In this document: piece by piece, positions 48,356 to 58,493 of the stretch | Position numbering within the stretch: position 1 is the first letter of the stretch | Layout: every line of letters starts with the position of its first letter | Origin: an uncultured delta proteobacterium | GTDB lineage: Bacteria; Desulfobacterota; Desulfuromonadia; Geobacterales; DSM-12255 | Reading direction: 5' to 3' | NCBI GenBank assembly: GCA_963787125.1 | Contig: CAWBBV010000011.1 | Location: 1 to 64,000 of the forward strand | Length of the DNA: 64,000 nucleotides | Program-made: the position numbers and the translations under genes | The notes under the pieces: generated by a model | What the model saw: only the letters and a program-made list of their open reading frames with translations | Told to the model about the DNA's origin: nothing | Database searches by the model: none

Positions 48356-48727
48356 ATGAAAACAGTCCTGGTAGTTGAAGACAACGCAGATAATCTGCAG
48401 ATCATCACCTATGCTCTGCAGAGAGCCGGATATGAAGTTATCAGGGCCGAAACTGGTGAAGATGGGGTTGAGATGGCAATTGCCGACCTTCCCTTCTTTA
48501 TTATTATGGATATCAATCTGCCGGGGATAGACGGCATCGAGGCGACCAGACGCATCCGTGCATCCAAGGCAGACGGCACAATCCCGATCATTGCCATCAC
48601 CTCCTACGCCATGCGGGGGGATCGCGAAAAAATAATGGCCGCTGGTTGCAACGGTTATTTTGAAAAACCTTTTGACCCGGTTACCATCGTAGCGCAGATT
48701 CATAAAATTATCGGTTTATCGCAATGA
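48356..48727 (+). CDS. Single-domain response regulator (DivK/CheY-like)
   Basis: VLVVEDN, MDINLPGIDG, KP. Confidence 0.92.
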   Translation: MKTVLVVEDNADNLQIITYALQRAGYEVIRAETGEDGVEMAIADLPFFIIMDINLPGIDGIEATRRIRASKADGTIPIIAITSYAMRGDREKIMAAGCNGYFEKPFDPVTIVAQIHKIIGLSQ

Positions 48728-49956
48728 AAATACTTATCGTTGACGACAACTCCGATGACCGAAACATTCTTCGCCATTATCTGGCTCACGTTGCGTTAGT
48801 GATTCTGGAGGCCGTAAACGGTGAAGAAGGCCTTGCAATCGCAACCATCGAAAGACCGGATCTGATTATTTCCGATGCACTGATGCCCTATGTTGATGGT
48901 TTTGAGTTTCTACGGGAAGTCAGGCGTTCAACGGTGCTGCGTGATACCCCCTTCATATTTTACTCTGCTGTGTACACGGGAAATAAAGATAAGGAGCTTG
49001 CTCTGTCGCTGGGGGCTGATGCTTTTATGGTAAAACCTCTTGAAGCTGAGGAATTCCTGAGACAACTAAAAAGCCTACTTGAAAAACTGGACAGAACAAA
49101 AGAAAGGCCCGTAAGCGAACTCCTTGAGGAAGACGAGAAGTTCCTGAAAATATATAGCCGGATGGTCGCTGCCAAACTGGAAGAAAAGGTGCGAGATTTG
49201 GAACTGCTGCACAAAAATCTGGAGTCTCGTGTTGCTGAACTGGTTGCCGATCAGCGCCGTAAAGACCAAATTCTGATCCAGCAAGGACGTCTTGCTGCCT
49301 TGGGAGAGATGATCGGCAACATCGCCCACCAATGGCGTAACCCACTTAATAATGTCGCCCTGATCATTCAGAACCTGCAGTTGGAATATGACTCCGGCAC
49401 GCTCACGCCTGATGATATGCACAGAGAAACCCGCGAGGCTATGGAAGTCATCTTGTACATGTCTCAGACTATCAATGACTTCAATAATTTTTTCCGCGAG
49501 GACAAGGAAAAATTGAAATTTTCAATAAACGAGGCAGTCAATCGAGCCCTTGGAGTGGTCTCTGCAAACCTGAAGAATCACAATATCATGGTCAAGATTG
49601 AAAGCAGCACAGAGGTATCGGTTGTCGGCTACCAGAACGAATACGCACAGGTACTGCTCAACATCATATCCAACTCTTGTGAAGCGTGCATTGAGCGTCA
49701 TGTGACGGACCCCCATCTCTTCTTGCACATAGTACGTGAGGATGAGCGTTCCGTGCTGTATATCCGTGACAATTGTGGCGGTATACCAGACGATGTTTTG
49801 CACAAAATATTTGATCCGTATTTCACTACCCGCGGTCCGGACAGGGGGACTGGTATCGGACTGTATATGTCGAAGGTGATTATCGAGCAGAATATGGGTG
49901 GGGAACTGACTGCTCGCAATGTCGAGCATGGCGCTGAGTTCCGGATTGCGGTGTGA
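48724..49956 (+). CDS. REC-histidine kinase hybrid
   Basis: N-terminal REC; AHQWRNPLN H-box; GTGIGLY. Confidence 0.9.
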   Translation: MKILIVDDNSDDRNILRHYLAHVALVILEAVNGEEGLAIATIERPDLIISDALMPYVDGFEFLREVRRSTVLRDTPFIFYSAVYTGNKDKELALSLGADAFMVKPLEAEEFLRQLKSLLEKLDRTKERPVSELLEEDEKFLKIYSRMVAAKLEEKVRDLELLHKNLESRVAELVADQRRKDQILIQQGRLAALGEMIGNIAHQWRNPLNNVALIIQNLQLEYDSGTLTPDDMHRETREAMEVILYMSQTINDFNNFFREDKEKLKFSINEAVNRALGVVSANLKNHNIMVKIESSTEVSVVGYQNEYAQVLLNIISNSCEACIERHVTDPHLFLHIVREDERSVLYIRDNCGGIPDDVLHKIFDPYFTTRGPDRGTGIGLYMSKVIIEQNMGGELTARNVEHGAEFRIAV

Positions 49957-50015
49957 TTCTAATGCAAGCATTGATTGGATTACATCTAAAATTGAGATGG
50001 AAAGGATGAATACGA

Positions 50016-52407
50016 ATGAAAATACTCATCGTAGACGACAACGCTGAAGACCGGTACCTGTTGAAACTCAACATGGAGCATCATGGCTGTGAAGTCATCG
50101 AGGCAGCCGACGGTGCCGAAGGACTGCATCTGGCAAGCGCCGAAAGGCCTGACCTGATTGTTTCAGACGCGCTCATGCCGGTAATGGACGGATTTCAGTT
50201 CCTGCGGGCTGTCAAGATGAATGAAAGCCTCAGTTCTATTCCATTCATATTCTATTCTGCTGTGTATACCGGAAACAAGGAGGCTGAGCTCGCCAGAGCA
50301 TTGGGGGCTAAGATTTTTATTGTCAAGCCCATGGCGCCGGAGGAATTCTGGGCGGAGCTGCAGGGGGTAATCGGCAATTGCACCGGCAACAGAGAGAGAG
50401 AGGTCAGCCAAAACCTGATCGAGAGTGAAGCAGTATTTCTGGATCAATACAGCAATGTTGTGGCAACCAAGCTGGAGGAGAAGGTCCGGGAGCTGGAAGC
50501 AGCCAAGTTATTAATTGAGGATAAGGAACAGGATTGGCGGCAGACCTTCAATGCAATCAGCGACTGTGTGACAGTCCACGACATTGATTTCAACGTGCTG
50601 CTGGCGAATGGCTCTTGCGGGAAGATTCTCGGCGCTTCACCGGAGGCTATCCGTTCCAGAAAGTGTTATGAACTGTTTCACGGCACTGGCGGACCGCATG
50701 AGGCCTGCCCGATGCAGGCGGTAGTCCGGACGGGGTTGACTGCATCGGCCGAGCTGTTCGAAGAGAGCCTTGGCAGTTGGCTGGAGATAACCTGCTCCCC
50801 GATTTTCGGCGAAGGGGGTAAGGTTCGGGGCGTGGTGCATGTTGCCAAAGATATTACCATCCGGAAAAATATGGAAAAATCCCTGATGAATAGCGAAGCA
50901 CGTTTTCGTTCCACCTTTGAACAGGCAGCTGTAGGCATTGCCCATGTAGATACTGACGGTCGCTGGTTGAAGGTAAATCAAAAACTATGCGCCATTGTCG
51001 GCTATACCCGGGAAGAACTGCTTACAAAGTCATTTCAGGATATCACCTTCCCCGATGATCTCGAAATCGATCTTAAGTATGTGTCGCAGATGTTGACCGG
51101 AGAGATCGAAACCTATTCTCTGGAGAAGCGCTATATCCATAAAGATGGATCGCTGGTCTGGATCAATCTTACGGTTTCTCTCTTGCGTGATGAACTGGGG
51201 AAGCCGGAGCACTTTATCTCCGTCGTCGAGGATATCACCGAGCGGAAAAAACTCGAAGCGCAACTCCTCCAGAGTCAGAAGATGGAGGCAATCGGCACCC
51301 TGGCCGGCGGTATCGCCCATGATTTTAATAACAGTCTTACGGCAATCGTCGGCTATGGCAGTTTGGCGCTAATGAAGATGACAGCTGATGATCCGCAGCG
51401 CAAAAACATAGAGTATATGCTCGATGCGTCGGACCGGGCCGCCCATCTTACCAAGGATCTGCTCCTCTTCAGCCGAAAACAGGTCAGCGAGAAGAAGCGC
51501 ATTGACCTGAACGAAAGAATCAGGAAAGTTGAAAAGTTTCTGAGCCGGATCATAGGGGAGGATGTAAAGTGTACGCTCATGCTTCAGGAAGAGCCAATTA
51601 CTATTCTGGCAGACCCCTATCAGCTTGACCAGGTGCTGATGAATCTGGCCACCAATGCCCGTGACGCCATGCCCATGGGTGGAGAGTTAACTATTAGAAC
51701 TGAAGCGGTGATGCTGGATAGTGAGTTCAACACTGTCCATGGTTATGGCAATCCGGCGCGTTATGCGCTGTTGACCGCTTCTGACAGCGGTAAGGGGATG
51801 GATGCGGAAACACAAAAGCGGATCTTCGACCCCTTTTTCACGACCAAGGAGGTCGGCAAGGGCACAGGCCTCGGCCTTGCTGTCGTCTACGGCATCATCA
51901 AGCAGCATGACGGCTATATCAACGTCTACAGTGAGCCGGGGATGGGGACTACCTTCAGGATATACCTGCCGCTAATTCTGACGACACCGGAAGAAATTCT
52001 CCCTGCAAGCACACGAAGAAGTGCCAGTCGGCGGAACGGAGACAATCCTTTTGGCTGAAGATGATGAAGCGGTCAGGATTTTGACGAAAGCCGTGTTGAC
52101 CGAATACGGTTACAGAGTCATCGAGGCGCAAAACGGTGAGGATGCGGTACTGAAATTCAGGGAAAACAGCGGCTCAATCCAGTTGCTGCTCTTCGATCTT
52201 ATCATGCCGAAGAAGACCGGTACGGAAGCTTTTGACGAAATCCGGAAAATAGCTCCAGATATCAAAGTGCTCTTTTCAAGCGGGTATGCGCCGGAAAGGC
52301 TTCAGCAGAAAATATTTTCAGAAGAGGATGCCAAGATAATTGAAAAGCCGGTTTCACCTCAAAAACTGTTGCAAATGGTGCGGAGCCTGCTGGATGTAGC
52401 TACATGA
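50016..52407 (+). pseudogene. Hybrid kinase REC-PAS-PAS-HK-REC split by an apparent frameshift near 52005
   Basis: ORF 50016-52058 ends in unrelated residues after 'FRIYLP'. The canonical 'GGTETILLAEDD' receiver continues in another frame (52021-52407). Confidence 0.75.
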
Positions 52408-52418
52408 CAATTTATCGT

Positions 52419-52467
52419 TAAACGGGCAGTTAACCGCAGATTTTATCTGCGGTTAACTGCCCGTTTA
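52419..52467. repeat. Perfect 23-bp-stem hairpin (terminator or REP-like element)
   Basis: taaacgggcagttaaccgcagat-ttt-atctgcggttaactgcccgttta. Confidence 0.85.
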
Positions 52468-52492
52468 TAGGGTTATAGTTTGGAGCTGCCTG

Positions 52493-53353
52493 ATGCGCTA
52501 CCCGGCGACAATAAATCTGCCGTTCAATCACGAAGCGGTAAAAGATGGCTTTATCCCCATAACACCGGGCTCACCGGTGCCTAGCGCTGACGGTTTCTGG
52601 TTACTGCTGCAGGGGAATGCGCTGATTGTCTGCCAACAGGCCGGGCTCTTGCAACTCCCTTGCGGCGCTGCGCCGGCGTTTCTCCCTGAAACCTGTCAGC
52701 CTCTCTGCATCGGTCTTTGGCAGGGGCTCCCCCTGCGCATGGCCGCCATCAGTCGTACCGTGGAGATTCCAAAACATTTCGCAGCCGAGGCGTTCAACGC
52801 TGCCGGCGACCGCCTCGATGATGCCACTCTGACACTTGGCGGCATGGCGATGCAAATTTTGCACTGGCAGAAAAAAAGCCGCTTCTGCTCTGCCTGCGGT
52901 GGAGAGCTGACAGCGATGAGCGGCCACTGGGGGCGGCACTGCAGCGTCTGCAACTACGAGCATTTCCCCTCGATCCACCCCTGTGCCATTGTTCTGGTCC
53001 GGCGCGGTGAAGAGTTCCTCCTTGCCCGGAAAAAAGAGTGGCTCCCCGGTCGCTACGGCCTGGTCGCCGGTTTTCTCGACATGAGTGAATCGCTGGAAGA
53101 GTGCGCTGCCAGAGAGGTTCTGGAAGAGACCGGCATCATTGTTAAAAACATCCGCTACGTGGGGAGCCAGTGCTGGCCGTTTCCGAGCCAGCTGATGGCC
53201 GGGTTTGTGGCGGAGTACGCTGGAGGAGAGATCAAGGTGGAAGAAGATGAGCTGGAAGATGTCCGCTGGTTCAGCCGCACAGCACCGCCTGAGGGGCTGC
53301 CACCACAGCGGAGTATCGCCCGGTGGATCATTGACAGGTATATGTTGAACTGA
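52493..53353 (+). CDS. nudC: NAD-capped RNA/NADH pyrophosphatase
   Basis: Zn ribbon (FCSACG..CSVC), Nudix box AGFLDMSESLEECAAREVLEETG, SQCWPFPSQLM. Confidence 0.93.
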   Translation: MRYPATINLPFNHEAVKDGFIPITPGSPVPSADGFWLLLQGNALIVCQQAGLLQLPCGAAPAFLPETCQPLCIGLWQGLPLRMAAISRTVEIPKHFAAEAFNAAGDRLDDATLTLGGMAMQILHWQKKSRFCSACGGELTAMSGHWGRHCSVCNYEHFPSIHPCAIVLVRRGEEFLLARKKEWLPGRYGLVAGFLDMSESLEECAAREVLEETGIIVKNIRYVGSQCWPFPSQLMAGFVAEYAGGEIKVEEDELEDVRWFSRTAPPEGLPPQRSIARWIIDRYMLN

Positions 53354-53536
53354 AAAAAAGAGACGCCGTAGCTCCCGGAAGATGATCATAGTTCTGAACA
53401 GGCAGGTCAGCCAAAAGTCCTGCGGATTGCAAAACCAGGCGTTAGCCGACGCTAAACCTGATATCCATCCCGTTCATCCCTGTAAAATGTTTTTGGTGTA
53501 TTTATTCTATTGTTAGGGCGCTGAATAGGTACAGTA

Positions 53537-55267
53537 TTATTCACCATCCAGCGCCTGCCGCACCTTGGCAGTCAGTTCATCAATCCTGATGGGCTTCTGA
53601 ATGAAACATACCCCTTCTGCCAGGACGCCGTGATGGGCAATGACGTCGGCGTTATAGCCCGACATGAACAGCCGCTTGAGGTGCGGATAAAGCGACAGCA
53701 GGTTTTTCGCCAGATCCCGGCCATTCATCTCCGGCATTATGACGTCGGTCAGGAGCAGCTGGATCTCACCGGCATGCTCTCTGGCCAGACTCATGGCCTT
53801 GCCCGGCGTACTTGCCGCCAGCACCGTGTACCCCTGGTTTTCCAGCATCATCTTCGTTACGTCCAGGACTGTCGGCTCATCCTCCACCAGCAGGATCGTC
53901 TCATGGCCGCGTCTGACCGGCTGTGTCGCTGCTTCAGGCTGAACCTGCCCGCTACTGGCAAAATGGCGGGGCAGATAGATGGTGAAGGTCGTCCCCGCTC
54001 CCGGCGTGCTCTCGACTGTGATGCAGCCATCGTTCTGCTTGATGGCGCCAAAGACCATGGCCAGTCCCAGACCGGTCCCCTTGCCGACCTCTTTGGTGGT
54101 AAAAAACGGTTCAAAGACATGCTCCAGCACCTCCCTGCTCATGCCGCAGCCGTTGTCACGCACCGATATCCGCACGTAGTCGCCGGGCGTTGATCCGATG
54201 TGAGCGGCGCACCAGGTTTTGTCCAGGGTGCAGTTTGCCGTTTCGATGGTCAAGGTGCCGATATCGCTAATGGCATCGCGGGCGTTGACGCAGAGGTTGG
54301 CAAAGATCTGGTCGAGCTGGGACGGGTCGGCTTTGATCGGCCACAAAGCTGCACCCGGCTGCCAGGTGAGCTTAATGTTCTCACCGATGAGCCTCCCAAG
54401 CATATTGTTCATCCCCGCTATGGTTTCATTCAGATCCAGCACCCGGGGAGTTATCATATCCTTGCGGGCAAAGGCCAGCAGTTGGCGGGTAAGGCTGGCG
54501 GAGCGTTCGGCGGCTTTTTTGATTTCAACAAAAGCGGTATAGTTGGGCTGGGACGGCTCCATTTTCATCAACGCCAGTTCCGCGTGGCCGATAATCACCC
54601 CCAGCATGTTGTTGAAGTCGTGGGCCACGCCGCCGGCGAGGCGCCCCACCGCCTCCAGCTTCTGCGCCTGCTGAAGCTGGGCTTCAAACTTTGCCTTCTC
54701 CTCCTCGGCCTGCTTGCGTTCGGTGATGTCTGTCAGGGTGAGCCGGAGCTCGTCGCTGGCAACCAAACTGTCATGCAGCTGCCCCCAGAAAACGGTGTTA
54801 TCAGGCCGTTTCAGCCGCAGTTCACACCCTTGCTCCCTATTTGCCGGCGTTGAACCTGCCTGGAGGTCTTTATCAGAGCGTTTGCGCTGCCGGTAGTAGA
54901 TCTCCTGGTCTTGCGGCAGGATGAAGTCCGTGAACGGTCTGTGCAGCAGATCTTTTCGCGTCACGCCCAACAGGGCAGCTGCCGTGAGATTGGCTTCCCG
55001 GATAATCCCCGCCGGGCTCAGCGTCAGGTAGCCGACCGGCGCCAGATCATACAGCTCAAAGTAGCGGTCTTTTGCCGCCGCCAGATCATGGTGGGTACGG
55101 TGTAACTCTTCATTTTGCATCTCCAGTTCAACCTGATGCACTCGCAGTTCATAAATGAGACGTTCCGTTTCTTCGGGTGAGAGCGGGTGTACCGCCGCAT
55201 CATCACCGCAAACCTTTTCCTCGGCACGCTGGCGAAGTTCCTGTGGTGACGCATCTTTAGCTATCAT
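53537..55267 (-). CDS. PAS hybrid histidine kinase (HK-REC)
   Basis: ELRVHQVELEMQNEEL coil, PAS, AHDFNN, FFTTK, C-terminal REC. Confidence 0.92.
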   Translation of the reverse strand: MIAKDASPQELRQRAEEKVCGDDAAVHPLSPEETERLIYELRVHQVELEMQNEELHRTHHDLAAAKDRYFELYDLAPVGYLTLSPAGIIREANLTAAALLGVTRKDLLHRPFTDFILPQDQEIYYRQRKRSDKDLQAGSTPANREQGCELRLKRPDNTVFWGQLHDSLVASDELRLTLTDITERKQAEEEKAKFEAQLQQAQKLEAVGRLAGGVAHDFNNMLGVIIGHAELALMKMEPSQPNYTAFVEIKKAAERSASLTRQLLAFARKDMITPRVLDLNETIAGMNNMLGRLIGENIKLTWQPGAALWPIKADPSQLDQIFANLCVNARDAISDIGTLTIETANCTLDKTWCAAHIGSTPGDYVRISVRDNGCGMSREVLEHVFEPFFTTKEVGKGTGLGLAMVFGAIKQNDGCITVESTPGAGTTFTIYLPRHFASSGQVQPEAATQPVRRGHETILLVEDEPTVLDVTKMMLENQGYTVLAASTPGKAMSLAREHAGEIQLLLTDVIMPEMNGRDLAKNLLSLYPHLKRLFMSGYNADVIAHHGVLAEGVCFIQKPIRIDELTAKVRQALDGE

Positions 55268-55280
55268 TGGAGCACCCTCC

Positions 55281-58200
55281 TTAAACCGCTATCCCTGCCA
55301 GCCTCTCCGTCGTCGCGATCGCATACACCTGACCGGATTCATTCACCAGTGCGGTGGCGGTCAGCCAGATTGCCACGCTGCTGCCATCCTTGGCGATGCG
55401 CCGGGTGCGATACGCCTGCAGCTCATCCTTGTTGAGCAACTGCTGCAGCTGCTGATCATATATTTCCACTTCAGCTTCCGGTAGCAGTTCGTGAATGTTG
55501 CGCTGGAGCGCTTCTGCTTCGCTCCAGCCGTACATCCTGGTTGCCGCCGGATTCCACGCCCGTATCCGGCCATCCAGATCCTGCAGAATAATCGCATCGT
55601 GGGCATCTTTCACCACTGCGGCCAGTCGGCTCTGGTCAAGGGCAAGCTGCAGTCTGGCTTCGTTCTGCTGCAGTTCCAGCTGCACCCTTTGCAATTCTGT
55701 GATGTCCACATGAGCCTTTTTGAGCTCCGTAATGTCCACAAAGGTGATTACCGCCCCCTCGATGACGTTGCTTAAGGTGCGATAGGGGAGAATGCGCATT
55801 GTGTACCAATTTTTAGCCGTAGACTGGACGATGACCTCCTTTGCCACCAGGGTGTCCAGAACTGAGGTGATATCTGCGCTCATCCGGTCATAGCCGACCA
55901 GATTGGAGACAAAGAGCCCCACCGGCCGGCCGACATCACCGGGAATCAGGTTGATAAGCGCGGTTACCTGCGGAGTAAAGCGGACGATATTCAGCTGATG
56001 GTCCACAAAGATAGTGCCGACGCCGGTACCGGCCAACAGGTTGTTCATGTCATTGTTGCTGCGTGACAGTTCGGCAACACTTATCTGCAGTTCATTGTTG
56101 ACCGTAAACAGCTCCTCATTGGTGGACTGCAGCTCCTCCTGTGACGTTACCAGCTCCTCGTTGCTTGATTGCAGCTCTTCATTGACCGACTGCAGCTCTT
56201 CATTGGCGGATTTAAGCTCTTCATTGGAGGCTTCCAGCCCTTGGTTGGCGGCGAGCAGGTCATCTTCCCGGTCACGCAGTTCCTGTTCAAGGACTTCGAT
56301 ATGGGCGTCAGAGATTATCTGCTGCTCGCTGTCTGCCGGCAGATACTCATGGCCGGAGTGTTCAAGCGCTGCTTCCTCCAGGATGGCAAGATAGAGCGAT
56401 TGCTCACCAGTTCTGCCTGCATCGGCAACGGTCGGACGAATGGTAAGATTCACCCGGGTATAATGGCCGTTTGTTTTCACGTTGAGATCAGGGCAGTGCA
56501 CCACCTCTTTGGTGGCGACAGCCTTGCGCAGCGATGTTGCCAGCCCGCGCCGCAACCCCTCGCGTGCCATCTTGAGGACGTTGCTGATACCGGCTTCACC
56601 CGGCGCCGGTTCCAGATACATCCCGGTGCGGCCGTGCAGATAAAGGATGTCGCCTTTACCGGTGACGAGGGCAGCTGCCTGCCCCACCTGTTGCAGCAGC
56701 GTCTGTTCGGTCAACTCGCGCAACGGCATTTGGGGGCGGGGTACGGCTTTAAAGCAGGGGTGCGGGGGGACAATGTCAGCACTGAACGGGGTCTGGATAA
56801 ACTGGGCTAGCGCCGTGCGGCGAGCACCACTTACATCATCTTTGCGCCGAAACAGCTTTGCCTTGCGATCCAGCGGGGCAAACAGAAAACCGAATTCACC
56901 TTCTGTTTCCGAGGTGCCGAGAAAAAGAAACCCGCCCGGATTGAGGGCGTAGTGGAACAGGGGGATGATTTTTTTCTGCAGATCGCTATCCATATAAATC
57001 AGCAGGTTACGGCAACCGACCAGGTCAATCTTGGAGAAAGGGGGATCTTTGACAATATCCTGTGCGGAAAAAATCATCATGTCGCGAATGATTTTGTTAA
57101 TGCGGTAGCTGTTGCTATCCGGCTCAAAGGTAAAGAAACGCGCCAGCCGTTCCGCGGTCAGGTCGGCGGCGATGCTGGCCGGATACACCCCGGCGCGGGC
57201 GGTGGCAATCGCCTGGCGATCAATGTCAGTGGCAAATACCTGTAGTGAGTAGGTCTGTTTGAGCGTCTCCATCCGTTCCTGCAGCAGCATGGCGATGGAG
57301 TAGGCCTCCTCGCCGCTGGAGCAGCCTACCGACCAGACACGCACCGGCGTGCCTGGCACTTTATCGGCAAACAGCTTCGGGATGACCTTTTCCTCCAAAG
57401 CTTTGAACGTTTCCGGGTCACGGAAGAAATTAGTCACGCCGATCAAAAGATCACCGAAAAGCGCTTCCACCTCAACCGGGTACTGCTGGAGATATTTGAC
57501 ATACTGATCGAAACTTTCCAGCTGATGGACGGACATGCGCCTCTCGATGCGGCGCTCAATCGTGCTCAGCTTGTACTGGGAAAAGTCGTGGCCGGTCTGG
57601 GCACGCAAAAGGACAAAGATCTTTTTCAGCAGACTTTCGGACTTTGGTACCGACATGGCGGCGGAGCGTGCCTGCTTGACCGCCGGCTGCGCAGTACAGG
57701 CAATCAGGCGGGCAGGCATCTCATCCGCCGGCAGGATGTAATCCACCAGGCCGCTGGCTATGGCGCTACATGGCATGCCGTCATATTCAGCGGTTTCGGG
57801 GCGTTGCACCAGGACCGTGCCCCCTGCGACTTTGATCTCCCGCAGCCCAAGAGCGCCATCGCTGCCGGTGCCGGAAAGGACGATACAGATCGCCCGCTCG
57901 TGCTGATCCTGAGCCAGGGAGCGGAAGAAAAAATCTATCGGCTGCCGGTGTCCGCGCACGTCGACCGGCTCCAGCAGTTGCAGCGTACCATCCAACAGCG
58001 CCATGTCCTTGCCGGGCGGAATGATGTAGACATGGTCAGGTTCTACGACAACACCGTCGGTCACCTCAAGAACGTGCATACTGGTGTAGCGCTGTACCAG
58101 AGTGGCCAGAATACTGATGAAATCAGGCGCCAGATGCTGCACCAGGACAAAGGCCATGCCCAGCCCCTTTTTTGCAGGAAACCCTGAAAAAAAAGCTTCA

Positions 58201-58313
58201 AAAGCAGCCAGACCGCCGGCAGAAGCGCCGATGCCGACGATGGGGAAAGGGGCGGTGCCCGGCGTGCCGGCTGCTTTTGAATTCACGACCGGCTTCTTTT
58301 TTCTGGCTGTCAT
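55281..58313 (-). CDS. CheB methylesterase-CheR methyltransferase fusion with coiled coil and PAS domains
   Basis: GASAGG/VQH/GSDG (CheB), VTNFFRD, GCSSGEEAYS, CRNLLIY (CheR), NEELQS repeats and PAS. Confidence 0.93.
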   Translation of the reverse strand: MTARKKKPVVNSKAAGTPGTAPFPIVGIGASAGGLAAFEAFFSGFPAKKGLGMAFVLVQHLAPDFISILATLVQRYTSMHVLEVTDGVVVEPDHVYIIPPGKDMALLDGTLQLLEPVDVRGHRQPIDFFFRSLAQDQHERAICIVLSGTGSDGALGLREIKVAGGTVLVQRPETAEYDGMPCSAIASGLVDYILPADEMPARLIACTAQPAVKQARSAAMSVPKSESLLKKIFVLLRAQTGHDFSQYKLSTIERRIERRMSVHQLESFDQYVKYLQQYPVEVEALFGDLLIGVTNFFRDPETFKALEEKVIPKLFADKVPGTPVRVWSVGCSSGEEAYSIAMLLQERMETLKQTYSLQVFATDIDRQAIATARAGVYPASIAADLTAERLARFFTFEPDSNSYRINKIIRDMMIFSAQDIVKDPPFSKIDLVGCRNLLIYMDSDLQKKIIPLFHYALNPGGFLFLGTSETEGEFGFLFAPLDRKAKLFRRKDDVSGARRTALAQFIQTPFSADIVPPHPCFKAVPRPQMPLRELTEQTLLQQVGQAAALVTGKGDILYLHGRTGMYLEPAPGEAGISNVLKMAREGLRRGLATSLRKAVATKEVVHCPDLNVKTNGHYTRVNLTIRPTVADAGRTGEQSLYLAILEEAALEHSGHEYLPADSEQQIISDAHIEVLEQELRDREDDLLAANQGLEASNEELKSANEELQSVNEELQSSNEELVTSQEELQSTNEELFTVNNELQISVAELSRSNNDMNNLLAGTGVGTIFVDHQLNIVRFTPQVTALINLIPGDVGRPVGLFVSNLVGYDRMSADITSVLDTLVAKEVIVQSTAKNWYTMRILPYRTLSNVIEGAVITFVDITELKKAHVDITELQRVQLELQQNEARLQLALDQSRLAAVVKDAHDAIILQDLDGRIRAWNPAATRMYGWSEAEALQRNIHELLPEAEVEIYDQQLQQLLNKDELQAYRTRRIAKDGSSVAIWLTATALVNESGQVYAIATTERLAGIAV

Positions 58314-58434
58314 CTGGTTCTCCCGGACAAAATTTATGCACCTAACTATAACGAAATTTTAGAAGATTGCAATAATTGACCCGACAGTCAATCCCAGGCT
58401 AAAGTTCGTGTAATCATTTTTGCAGGGGTACACG

Positions 58435-58470
58435 CAAAAGGGGCGACCGCTACGGCGGTCGCCCCTTTTG
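58435..58470 (-). terminator. Intrinsic terminator after htpG
   Basis: caaaaggggcgaccgc-tacg-gcggtcgccccttttg. Confidence 0.88.
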
Positions 58471-58493
58471 TACGTTGAGCAGCAAATTTTCCT

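Noticed and set aside
53455..53490. atccatcccgttcatccctgtaaa, reminiscent of short interspersed repeats
   Set aside because: Single occurrence in the window; cannot be supported without a genome-wide search.
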